NCBI RefSeq assembly: GCF_004010195.1
Contig: NW_025214793.1
Coordinates: 1 to 51,066 of the forward strand
Source of the DNA: Chiloscyllium plagiosum
Taxonomy: Eukaryota
Reading direction: 5' to 3'
DNA: 51,066 nucleotides
The notes under the pieces were generated by a model. That model was not told the DNA's origin and made no database searches. It saw only the letters and a program-made list of their open reading frames with translations. The first letter of the stretch is position 1, and each line of letters starts with the position of its first letter. The position numbers and the translations under genes are program-made. Below, piece by piece: positions 25,722 through 37,250 of the stretch.

Positions 25722-25866
25722 ATGGTTTCAAGTGGACTTCCGGCTGACTTTTCAAATATGAAGGAGATGATTGGCGGCTGTTGCGTTTGCTCAGACGAGA
25801 GAGGCTGGGCTGAAAACCCCCTCGTTTACTGTGACGGACACGGTTGTAATGTTGCCGTTCATCAAG
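25722..25866 (+). CDS. MLLT10: AF10 first coding exon (N-terminus, first part of PHD1)
   Basis: Encodes MVSSGLPADFSNMKEMIGGCCVCSDERGWAENPLVYCDGHGCNVAVHQ. Long polypyrimidine tract and AG directly before the ATG; donor CAAG|gtaaaa. The MVSS start and SKIDA1 adjacency favour MLLT10 over its paralogue MLLT6. Confidence 0.96.
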
Positions 25867-26699
25867 GTAAAAACAGAAATTTTAAAGCAGAAGCAGCAGT
25901 GTAAAGAAACATCCCTGTCTGGGCGCTGAGGCCTTGGCCTCGGTCTTGCTCTCACTTTCTTCTTGAACTCTACATCAGTTTTAGGCCTAGCAAGGTTTGA
26001 GTATTAGTTATTCATTTAGAAAGTTTACGCGTTGTCGTGTGTGATTTACTAAAAATTGTTTGAAGTGGAGAGTCGTTGTTTTCTCTTGTTCAATTAATAT
26101 AAAGTCCCATTTGAAAAGAGCAAATGTGAAACCTAGGAAGGCGTGCAATTAATCGGAATTATGTAATAGGAGAGTAATTGGTTTATGTTGCTATAAATGT
26201 GTTCACGTATGTCTGCATGTGACTATTCGTTTGTGTGTACACGTCTGTGCAAGTTATGTAATTGAATGATCGCCCAGGCAAAACCGCTTACTCACGTTTC
26301 TATCTAGATTTGTCTGTATATGTTTGTATGTTGATCTGCATGCAATTTTAGCGAACTGTCTGTGCCTACACAGGTATGTGATTGGGTGTGTTTTTGTCTT
26401 TGTATGTCTTGTACTGTATGATCAAATGTACTGGTGTCCATGGGAATGAGAGTTCTTGTCTGCTTAAATATGTTCTCATGCATGTATAATGTGACTGACT
26501 GTGTATGTCTACAGTTACATGCTGTCTCATCCATCATGGGCCTATATGTCTGTTTTTAACAAATATTCACATGTGTATATATGTCAACAGATGTGACAGC
26601 TATTATGTAGCTGTTTGTATAAATCTATATGCTTGTGAAGAGTTTAGGTGCATATTTGCATTTATGTTTGTGCATCCAAGCGAATGCCTACATGGTATG

Positions 26700-27050
26700 T
26701 GCTATGGCATGGATCAGTTGAATAGTCAAGGTATTCTTCTTGGGATGAGGGAATCTAAAACTAGACGGTATAGGTTTAAGGTGAAAATGGAAACATATAA
26801 AAAAGACCTGAGGGATACCTTCTTCCACAGAGGGTGGTACGCATATAGAATGAGCTGTCAGAGGCAGTGGTGGAGATGGATACAATTACAACATTTAAAA
26901 GGCATCTGAATGGATATATGAATAGCAAGGGTTCAGAGAGATATGGGCCAAATGCAAGCAAATGGGACTAGGTTAGATTGGGATGTCTGGTCAGTGTGGG
27001 GGAGTTGGACCAAAGAGTCTGTTTCTGTGTTGTATGAATCTATATCTATA
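26700..27050 (+). mobile_element. CR1 LINE 3' end
   Basis: Reads ESKTRRYRFKV...KDLRDTFF (cf. TRGHxxK...FF), then 'tttaaaaggcatctg' and a 3'UTR ending 'gtctgtttctgtgttgtatgaatctat'. Confidence 0.85.
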
Positions 27051-27437
27051 AACATATGATGTGTGCTATATGTGTGTTTTCATTGATTCACCTATGTTTG
27101 TGCACATACATCAAATATAGACATGCTTTTCCAGCAAAATGCATGGATGCCTGCAGATACTATATTCACGTGTACGAGCATAGATGATTTACAGTGCTTG
27201 TCTTCACAGATGTTTGCACAAGTTTACACTGTTTTGTCATATTTATAATTTGCGTGTGTATATATGCATTAACCTATGAAAAACTGCATGTGTACTTGAG
27301 CTTATAATATAATTCATACACATAAGTATGCATCTGTATGTACAGCATTTGTCAATGTTCATGTTTTACTTGCATGCACTATGCCATGTGTAAATACTTT
27401 TACTTTAAAATAATGTTACTGTGAAATGGCTTAGACT

Positions 27438-27635
27438 TTTTTTTGTTCATCCATTGTGATTTGGGCAGCACTGGCTAAATCAGCATTCTTTGTTTCAATA
27501 ATTCCCGTTCAGAAAGTGATAGTGAGCAGTTTTCGTGAACGACTAATCCTTGTGTGTAGTTATATCCACAATACTGTTGGGAAAGGAATTTCAGGATTTT
27601 GATCTGGTGACAGTGAAGGAATGGCAATACAGTTT
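27438..27635 (-). mobile_element. Degraded LINE 3'-end fragment with the same tail family as the SINE at 33495 and the fragment at ~31350
   Basis: 'ttcatccattgtgatttgggcagcactggctaaatcagcatt...' resembles 'ttcattcatgggatgtaggcggcgttgactggccagcattt' at ~31353. Confidence 0.55.
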
Positions 27636-28849
27636 TAGGCATCAAATGTATTCAAGTTGATGTCTGTTTGTCATTTGTAGATATGCCTTTGCATATTTAT
27701 TTGAATGCACCTGTTTGAATCTGTGCATGGGTGTGAAATGGGTTGATGTGCAATTATATACATGCAAGTATATAATCTGTGCAGAGATGCATGTGTTTAT
27801 GCATTTGGTGTGCACTTGGGTATTTTTGTCTCTGGACTGCTGAATCAAAATGCGTATGCTCGTTTATGTTTTTACACTTAGATTTGTTTTTATGTGCACT
27901 ATTTGCACATTTGCATGCATGTGATTCTTGTTGGTTTGTGTGCGCATCTGCGTGGACATGTACGAGTGCCCTTTTTTTGCTTATTTTGTGCATACACATA
28001 AATACATAAAAATCTTGTTGCCTTTACATGCATGTGGGTACCGTTACCTGTCCCCACATGCATGTACAGATAAAGTGCAAGTAGACATTAACCTGAGATC
28101 CACAGTAATTTGTTTAAACGTGCAAATATGTGTTGTGTATTTGTATTTTGTGTGATAATGCATCTGTGTACTAGTAGAATTTGTGGTTTGGCTCACTGTT
28201 TATTCCTGTCAGTGTCATCAGTAAAGGAAGATGTGTGCCTCATGGGACTGGGGTTGTCTCAAATTTGGCAGCAATGGTCTATAACTTAGACCACAGTAAA
28301 TACAACATCATTGCCTTCTGTCACTTGGTGCTGAAAAGTTTTTTTTTCATCTTTCTCACAAATTGATGCAAATAATTGGAGCATTTTTATATTTTCTGCC
28401 CATCAAGCAAAGGTATATAAATAAATGTATCTCCAAAGCTTGAAACCTCAGGAAAGGCAATATTATTTCCCTCCCATGAGTGTTGACCATTTAGAAGGTT
28501 CACATAACATAACTTACAGGCTATTTGGTTCCAAAATTCAGTAGTATGGCTTCTGTAAAATGAGGAAATTATTTTGTAGTACATGTTGAGAAGTGCTTTG
28601 AGAGGATGATTTTAAAGCCAATTAAAGCTACACAGGCACGTGCTCAACTTTGCAATGGTTTCCCCTTGTGCTCTTCTAAATGCAAAATACAAGTTATAAA
28701 AATGTTTTTGTTCTTCTGTACAAATGTTTAAAATGTATCTCATTTTTAAAAAATGATCTATTCCATTTTGTTTAAATTGGTGGAGGCTGGGGGATAAACA
28801 TTGCATCGTTGGTTATTTTAAATGCTGCTGATGCACATGATAGATCCTC

Positions 28850-29130
28850 AGGGTGAGAAAAGAAAGATATAAAAGGGTTCTAAGGGGCAACCTTTTCCTG
28901 CTGAGGGCAGAGTATGTATGGAATGAGCTGCTAGAGGAAATGGTGAAGGCTGGTACAAATACAGCATTTAAAAGACATCTGGATGGGTATATCAATAGGA
29001 AGGGTTTAGAGGGATATGGGCCAGATGCTGGCAAATGGGACTAGATTAAGGAAGAATATCTGGGCGGCATGGATGAGTTGGACCTAAGGGTCTGTTTCCG
29101 TGCTGTATATCTCGATGACTCCATGACACT
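28850..29130 (+). mobile_element. CR1 LINE 3' end
   Basis: Reads VWNELLEEMVKAGTNTAFKRHLDGYINRKGLEGYGPDAGKWD (CR1 ORF2 C-terminus). Homologous to 26700-27050. Confidence 0.88.
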
Positions 29131-29741
29131 AGTACGATCTTTAACTAACGTCGTCTGTGTTGTGGTTTAAAAAAAAAGATCAAATCCAAGATTAAGTAAA
29201 AACATTACTGGAGATATTGAAGGCTGAAAGGAAGAGATTGAAATTAAAGTGCGTACTCAAAAGTAAAATTATATTATCAATCTCGATGTTTTGAAAATCT
29301 TTTCTAGAAAGTAATTTTTACTTCGCATTTTCTGAAAATATGACAACTAGTTTCTGTAATTTGATTAATTACAGGCAACTTGACACTTAGGATTTTGATT
29401 TAATACCAATTGAGACATGAGATTTCTAGTTTGAAAATGACACGCGAAGTATTGTCTACTCTTGTATGGCAAATTGAATTTTTATAAATCAGTTTTGAAC
29501 CTCGTTTCCGCGAGGTATATAGTATGTCTGTATTACATATATTCTCATACAGTCTTTCCACTATTTACGTGTATTTCTGGCATCTGTAGAAGGTGTTTTT
29601 TTTCAACAGGCTACTAAAGATACGCCAATATTTTTCAAGTAAAAAAAATACTGTTTAATCTGCCGCTTGATTACTGTACGCTATCTGTTTACCTTAAGAT
29701 TGTCAGAGATCGATTGTTTTTTTCTCTCCTTACTATTGCAG

Positions 29742-29821
29742 CATGTTATGGCATTGTGCAAGTACCCACCGGACCGTGGTTTTGTAGAAAATGTGAATCG
29801 CAGGAGAGAGCCGCTCGAGTG
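29742..29821 (+). CDS. MLLT10: AF10 second coding exon (end of PHD1)
   Basis: ttgcag|CA TGT TAT GGC... encodes (A)CYGIVQVPTGPWFCRKCESQERAARV, then |gtgagt. 80 nt; phase matches the previous exon. Confidence 0.97.
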
Positions 29822-31142
29822 GTGAGTCCATGACCGTCTGATATTGCCTTTAGGTTGTAAGAGTTGTATCTCTGATTTAACTGCATCTCCGAACTGCTGC
29901 TGACCAACACTAGCAACGACGTGAGAACCTGATATTACCTTTTTAAGTTCCAAAGTAAATGTTTGCAATACATTTCGTAACCGTAGTTTGTGGAAATTTG
30001 GTTGAATGGAAATTCTTCGCTCGGAGAAGATGCATGGTGGTATTATGCTTTGAAATGAACTGTGCTGTAATGTTTTGTAGCTGCATAATGTCGACTGAAC
30101 AGCCCTGCACTCAGGGATTCAAAACTTATGCCACAGATTGTAAAAAGGCTGAGATAAAATGACCACTGGCATAACAACAAAGATGTAGGGACTGCTAGCT
30201 GTGATTTGTTCTCTTCCCTTCCCCCTAGATTATGGCTCACGTGCTGACTTTGCAGAGAATGTGATTTTTTTTATATAATTCCCCAGTCGCCTGGTGTCGA
30301 TTGGTGGAGCAATCACGTCGGGAGCACAGGACCGTCATCATTGCGTGCTTTCAGTACATGATCAGCGGCCTCCCCAAGTGACGAAAATAAAATATGCGGA
30401 AGACTGTGAAGTGCTGCTATTTGCAGTATGTAGGGTAGCGCTTCAACGACATTGATTTAGCAGACCTACAAGAGGGAGTTGTTTTTCAAAACCAAAGGAT
30501 CGCCCTTTCAGTATGTTTTCTGGGGTGGAAGTTCACATGCGCTCATTCTATTTCAGTGTTGACTTAATAATGACTTCAAATTTTCAGGCGTGGGATTCGA
30601 AGGGAAAAGCGATTTTTAAATGTATTTTTGGTTGGTCTAATTTTTATTGCTCCGAAGTTGTAGTAATTTGAAATTTTTTTTGCGTCTTCATGCGAACGGC
30701 TTCGCTTGAAGGTTGTTTTTGTCGGGACGGCGACATTTAATTTTGGTATTGATGTGTTAGATTTTCTTAGATAACAAAGTAATTAACGTTTTAGTTAAGT
30801 TGTGTTGGTGTTAGAGGTATTTGCGTGTGCTTCACAAGCTAAATGCACAAATTGTTAATTTCGGAGTAGAAAGGGTAGAGCTAGTGACATTTTCAGCACA
30901 GTTGGGGGTGAAATAAGTGGAGCATGCTAATTTACTACGCTATGCATACAGAGCGAGGTCTTATTGAAGTATACGAGGTTGGGCGTTTGAATCGAAACCG
31001 ATTTCAATAAATGACAGATACTAGGTGACTTAATTGATTGAGATTAATTCTAGCGACAGTACAGCTTGACAGCGAACGCCAGTAGTTTACATGTGGTATA
31101 GAATAGAGTCCTTGTTTATTTTTGTACCTTTCTTTTTCCAAG

Positions 31143-31197
31143 AAATGTGAACTTTGTCCTCATAAGGATGGCGCTCTCAAGAGGACCGACAACGGAG
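31143..31197 (+). CDS. MLLT10: AF10 third coding exon (Zn knuckle)
   Basis: tctttttccaag|AAA TGT GAA... encodes KCELCPHKDGALKRTDNG(G), then |gtaagt. 55 nt, phase-0 start. Confidence 0.96.
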
Positions 31198-31304
31198 GTA
31201 AGTTGCTTTGTTTTAACAGACTAAGTTGACTTGTGTTTACGACATTTTTACATATGTGTAGATATTACAAATGGCATGTTTAGTGATGGTTGTATGACCA
31301 CTAT

Positions 31305-31432
31305 ATCATAAGACGCAGAAGTAGGCCATTCGGCCCATCGAGTTTGCTTTTATTCATTCATGGGATGTAGGCGGCGTTGACTGGCCAGCATTTATTACCG
31401 TCCCCAGTTACCCTTGAAAAGGTGGTCGTGCT
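31305..31432 (-). mobile_element. Two abutting short retroposon 3'-tail fragments
   Basis: 'cataagacgcagaagtaggccattcggcccatcgag' (CR1 tail), followed by 'ttcattcatgggatgtagg...cccttgaaaaggtgg' (second tail family). Confidence 0.65.
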
Positions 31433-31921
31433 CTGCTTGTGGTTATTCCGTTAAAACTGAAAAAAAAACCTAACTATCTCAATAGGCATAACGGATTTTA
31501 GTTGGGATCAAATGCTACTTTAGTAAAGTCCAAAAGGTTTGGTCTGATTTATTACCTTGGAGTTTTTAGATTCGCATATTTTCTGAAATGATTTGCAATC
31601 AGGTTCAAAGTCATGAGTGAATATGTTTGTAGTGTTCATAAAACTATATTGTAACTCAGTTGCGGATTGGTTTGAAATAACTAGAATGAATTTGTATGCT
31701 TTGAAATGCTATTAAGGTTATATTCGCTTTGGAGAGTAGCTGGGATTTTGTATGGATAAACCTAATAGTTTGGTATTCCTTTTGTATTTTCTGTTTCTCA
31801 TTCATAGACATTAGATCAAAACTCAAGTGATTCGTAAGTCAGTTATCACTGTTATAGTTCTTCATGCAGCAGTAGCATGTTTAATGTTTTCTGAAAAACG
31901 ATTGTGAATATTTTGAAAATT

Positions 31922-31940
31922 AGACTCCATCTAGTGGCTG
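31922..31940 (-). promoter_or_regulatory. Candidate CTCF site
   Basis: Minus strand reads CAGCCACTAGATGGAGTC, close to the CTCF core GCCACYAGRKGGC. Confidence 0.5.
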
Positions 31941-32829
31941 ATTTTAGGTAAAATTTATTTCTATTTGTTCTTGTGTGTATGCTGATTTCATAATGTGCTT
32001 CGCATGGATATGTGCAAGAGGGATAGTAGTTTAAACGTTTGTAATCAGCATGTGAAATTACTTAGCTGTGAATTACTTCTGAAATAGTCTATCTCATATG
32101 AAATGGGATTTCATAGAGATCTAAATTTAGGATCCAACCTTTTTTTGTCATGAATTTTCTTTTTGGGACACATTATAGTTTAATCTGAAGAATAATTGTG
32201 TGGGAATTTGCTTGCTGCTTTATTAGGCATTTCTCAATAGAACCATTGACTATTAAGTGATTCTTCAAACTGGATCAGGTTTTTAGTCAAAGCATTGAAT
32301 TTTGTTTTAAAAAGCAAATCCTAAATACAATTGTGTGCTTGCTTTAATCAAATAGAATGTCATAACTGGGATTTGGTTGAACTAAATTATTGGTCTCTTT
32401 ACTAGTTTGGTGAGTAAAGATTGTGTTTATGTTATGGTGTTATAACATATGGGCCAAAGCTCTTCATTTAATTCCTGACTGAATAAATGATGTGAACTTC
32501 TGCAGCAGCTGACCTCTCCAAGAAAAAAAATGCGTTGGGTTGATTATCCAGTGAATGTACCTGTTCTAAATTGTTTGTGGACTTGAGGTAAAGACTGGGT
32601 CAAGGCCGTAGTTTCTTTCATAGTCGAGTAGTTTTATGGCATTTTCAAAATTTCAAAAATAAGTGAGTTGGGGAGAATTGCTGACGCTTGTTGAATTGCA
32701 CCTCAGCACAACAATTCCTTGATGAATGAATCATTACAGTAGCTACAGAATGAAGGTGGTCAGGAGCCTCTCAGTCTCAGTCTCAGGCCTGAAAGCCTTC
32801 TGCTGCAATGAGTTGCACAAATTAACCAG

Positions 32830-34040
32830 CTCTCACTGAGTAAATTCCTTCAGCTCTAAAGGGCCGTGCCTTCACTTTGATGCTGTTACCTAACGTGTCA
32901 ATCTATCCTACCAGTGGAAACATCTTCTCCATGTCCACTCTATCCAGACCTCTTGGTATTCTATTGGTTTCAGTCAGTCCTGTCCCCCTTCTGCGCTCAT
33001 CCTTCTGAAATTAATCAGGTACAGGCCCAGAGCCCTCAACCGCTTCACCATATGACAAGCCCTTAATCCCTGTGTTCATTCTTGTGAACCCTTTCTGGAG
33101 CCCTGCCAAAGCCAGGACATCCTTTCTTAGATATGGGGCCCAAAACTGCTCAATATATTCCAAATGCGGCCTGACCAGAGCCTTATACAGCCTTATCAGT
33201 ACATTCCAACTCAAATTCTCATTGTGCACCCACATGTTAACCATAAGTGAATCCTGAACTAGGACTAGGTCCCTTGTGCTTCACATTTCTGAAGCTTTTC
33301 CCTATTTATAAAATATTCTGTGCCTCTACTTCACACTAACGTTCATAACCTCACACTTTCGTATTGTATTTCAGCTGCCACATCTTTGTAAACTCTAACT
33401 AGCCTATCTAAGTCCTTCTGCACACTCCCAGCCTCCTCAAAATTACCTCTCCCTCTGCCTATCTTTTTGTAACTTCCAAATTAAGCAACTTAGCTCGGGG
33501 GAGTTGACTGCGTAGTGGTATTATCGCTGCACTGTTGACCCAGCTAATGTTCTGGGGCCTCTGGTTTGAATTTCACTACAGCAGATGGTTGAGTTTTGAA
33601 TTCAATACAAATCTGGAATTAAGAATTTAATAATGACCATGAATCCATTGCTGATTGTCAGAAAAACCTTTCTGATTCTTTAATGTCCTTTAGGAAAGGA
33701 AATAGCCATTTTTACCTGGTCTGGCCTACATATTACTTGAGAGCCACAACAATGTGGTTGACTCTTAACTGCCCTCTTGGCAATTAGATTAGATTAGATT
33801 CCTGCAGTGTGGATTAGGGATGAGCAATAAATACTGACCTAGTCAGTGATTCCCTCAATCTATGAATGAGTAGAATTTAACAATGCCTTCAGTTCCTTTG
33901 TTCAGATTTGTTAATGTATAACATGAATATTTGTGGTCCTAACACTGACTCCTAAGGTACTTGATCAGTCATCCTGAAAAAGACCTTATCCCCTCTGTCT
34001 TCTGCCATTCAGTCAGTCCTCTATCGTGTACCTTGCCCCT
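32830..34040 (-). mobile_element. CR1 LINE ORF2 fragment interrupted by a SINE
   Basis: ORF 33011-33244 reads LYKALVRPHLEYIEQFWAPYLRKDVLAL (typical CR1 ORF2). CR1-like sequence resumes after ~33875. Confidence 0.88.
33495..33872 (+). mobile_element. tRNA-derived SINE of a second family with a LINE-like tail
   Basis: Box A-like 'gcgtagtgg', box B-like 'ggtttgaatttc', body 'aatctggaattaagaat...cctggtctggcctaca', tail 'gggatgagcaataaatactgacct...tgaatga'. Confidence 0.75.
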
Positions 34041-37000
34041 AACAATTTTGTTAGTGATTGAAGCATATTACTTTGTCTGTGTGCTGCCTATCTTATAGCA
34101 TGCTCAACAGGACTAGTTGCTTATGTTTGAAGAAAGTCTATGTCTTATCACATCTAACTGGATCAGCTTTTGTGCAGTGGTATAGCAGTTCACTTCTTAT
34201 TCCTTCCTTGTTTGGCACATTGTGATTTATGCTTCTTGAAACTGTAGCTCTCCAGACATCTGCAAGATTTATAAAGTTTAAAGTTGCCCATCTCCATTTT
34301 GAAATTCCTCGTTGCATATTGACTTCAAGTAAGAAGTTATGGTGTATTGCCAAGCATGACTTGCATTGGTAAATGTGTTTTATATATTGTTTTTGAAACC
34401 ATTTCAAAGAAGCTAATGAAATATCGTTCCTCATTGCTTTATACTACCATAGGGAACTGACAGAATTAAAATGAGAATTTTCATTATGTGACAGTTTCAG
34501 AAATGTTTGCATTTTAGCACATTAGCCTTTTGTCGTCTTCATTTCAGTCACTGAAATCTGTAAATAATTTGATTAAATCCTTTTCTCTGAAATTATTTGT
34601 AAGATACATTTCCAATATTTACCTTGTAAGAGATTGAACTGCAAGAGTTCTGCAGAATTTGAGATTTGTAATTCTCAAAATTGCATGTAGTCAATTGTTA
34701 GCTAATGTAAAACTGCTGGATTTGTTATGAACTGTAACTTGGAAGCTCTATTCATGACACGTCTTTTGGTGCCAGTGAATCCATATAGACTTCTGAACAT
34801 ATGGATTAGGAACAGAGTAAGCTATTCAGCCCCTCAAGCCTACTCCTCTTAATATTTTTAAAGATTTGGCTTGGGATGACTTTCTGTTGATAGCAGTTAA
34901 TAGCTGTTCTGCCACATAAAACCCAGAACCAGAGTCTGGTTGTCTGTAAATAATTTAGAACCAGGTTCCCCAAAAGTATGTGTGTTAACAGGAAAGAAGC
35001 TGGCATTATGCACAGATCAGTGCTGATCATCCCATGCCAACCAGGGATCCATAATGCGTGGGGAATCGTTATGTTTAAGAGGGTGATTCTGACTTGAAGG
35101 GTGTTCAGTCATAATCGCAGAGATGTAATGTTGCATCATTTAGCTCCTAGGCTAAGCACATTGAATGTCTAAACCTGCTTCCTCTTCTACTGAACAAGAT
35201 TACTATTGCAACAATACATTGGTAGGGTAAAACGATACTGTTTTAATGATGAGTTAATCTTAATCCCAGCTCTCATTCTCTGTTAGTGGGTGAATAATTC
35301 AGCGATGGGTAAATTTTGATTCACAATGATCGGAAGAGCTAACATTGAAGGATCAAAAAGCAATTTCACTATGAACACATGGCAGCCAGCTATTCCTGTA
35401 GTAGGTTTTATAACACTAAATTTGAAGCCCAGAATAGTGAGACTCTGCTTTTGTCAGTATTTGTACTGAAAATCAAGAACAAGTGAATTTTTGAGCTTCT
35501 GCAAAGGATGTACGTGGTCCCCTTAGCTTTCATTCGGCCGCTTCCATTACAGATTGGTCATTGTACTGTTCCAGTCAAACTCCCAATCTGCTGCTGTCCT
35601 TGGACCAGATCATGCCTGGTTATGTGGGTGCCTCTGACCAGAAGTGAGTGTCTCTCGGGCCCTATCTCTTTGCCTTATCAGCTACGTGTTCTCTTGTGAG
35701 CATACTACAGAATTTGTCTTCCAGGAACCTGGCAATATCAAACCGTTAGAAATGTATAATGTTGGGAACTTATCTTTCTGTTGTAAAAATGAATTTTCCT
35801 GGCCACTAAGAGAAATTACACCTGTACTGTAAGACAATTTTTAAAAGTTTTATCTGACATCAAAGGTTCGTAGGTTTGAGCTACTTCATGTCAGTGAGTC
35901 TCTCTCCAACTGTTATAACTTTTCTGAACTCTTGGCTTTGTAGTCTTAAGTTTTTAGAATCATTGTTTTTGGACATCGCTCTGCCCTAGATGGTCCATGT
36001 AATTAATATGATGGGTAGTTGATACGAGTCTGGATGGTTCTAAAATTGGTTTCATCTTCGGTCTGTATGGTTTGTTCATAGTTTGGATACTCCGAAGGGT
36101 ACATTTGGCCTTGAGACGTTTGAGTGGAAACTGTTGTGGTTTTCTGTTCCTGATCAGTAACCAGTGATCCTTGTTGGGAGTTTGTGCACAAAGACACTGC
36201 CATTCTGCAGTCTGCCCACAAAGTAACACTTAGACAATGAGGCAAGGAGATGAAACCCATGAGGCTGTCACTTCTGGTCAGAGGTGACTGGGTGTGATCT
36301 GCTCAAAGGACAGGAGCAGGTAGGGAGTTTGACTGGAATGGTACAATGATTGATTTATAATGCAGGCGTCCTAAGATAGTACACTGTAACCCCTGCGGTT
36401 CAGAATGCTTAGAACTGGATCATTTCTGGATTATTGAGTAACTGACCAAAAGTGAGAGAGTGGAAAGGTGGGTATAAATATTTCCCTGAAACATAAAATA
36501 ATGATAAAACATTATACGGCAGTAAAACATTGTTTTGCATATCCAAATACCTTATTCTATATTTCTACACCTAAAGTACTGTGCATAACTGAAAAGTTAT
36601 CAATTATAATTCAACTGGACAGATGATTCTGAACACCTTCAGTTCACCAGTAATTGGGAGGAGCATAGAAGCAACTAGTGCTACTAACTACTGTGGGTTA
36701 ACAACCCTTGCATTATATAAATGCACCTTAAATTTTTTTTAACATTTTATTACTAATAAAAATTGTATTTCCCAAAATACTGTGTCCAGCAATGAATTAG
36801 ATATGAATTGGTGGGTGATGAGGTGGGAGTGCGAGGTGTGGGTAGACCATTTAGCTCCCTAAGTTTGTTTTGTTATGTAATAAGATCATGGCTGATTTTA
36901 TTGCAAATTCAAAGCCACAATCTGACCTACCTCAATAACTTCCAACCCTTTGCTTAATCTATCTATTTTTGTCTTAAAAATGTTCAAGGACTTTGCTTCC

Positions 37001-37250
37001 ATCACTTTTTCAAGGAGTGAGTTTCAAAGATGTGACTCTTTTAAAAAAGAAATTGCCTAATTTATTTTTAAGAGGGTGACTCTTGATTTTTAAACAAGTT
37101 CTAAATTCTCCCATAAAAGGACATTCTCTCCACATTTACTCTGTCAAGCCCCCCTCATAATTTCATGTTTTAGTCAAATTACCACTTGTTCTTCTCAACT
37201 CAGTGGATTCAAGCCTAGTTGGATCAGCCTTTAATCATGAAACAACCAGA

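Larger units (their letters stand above)
26200..28170. repeat. Degenerate purine/pyrimidine-alternating (TGTA/TGCA/TGTG-rich) low-complexity tract interrupted by LINE fragments
   Basis: Dense tgtatg, tgcatg, tgtgca and tacac words. Yields spurious Cys/Met/His-rich ORFs. Confidence 0.7.

Noticed and set aside
25867..25904. ORF-track extension of the first MLLT10 coding exon (GKNRNFKAEAAV)
   Set aside because: Read-through past the donor at 25867; AF10 homology continues at 29742.
26304..28155. Cys/His/Met-rich ORFs resembling metal-binding proteins
   Set aside because: Translation artefacts of the TG/CA low-complexity tract and of CR1 fragments.
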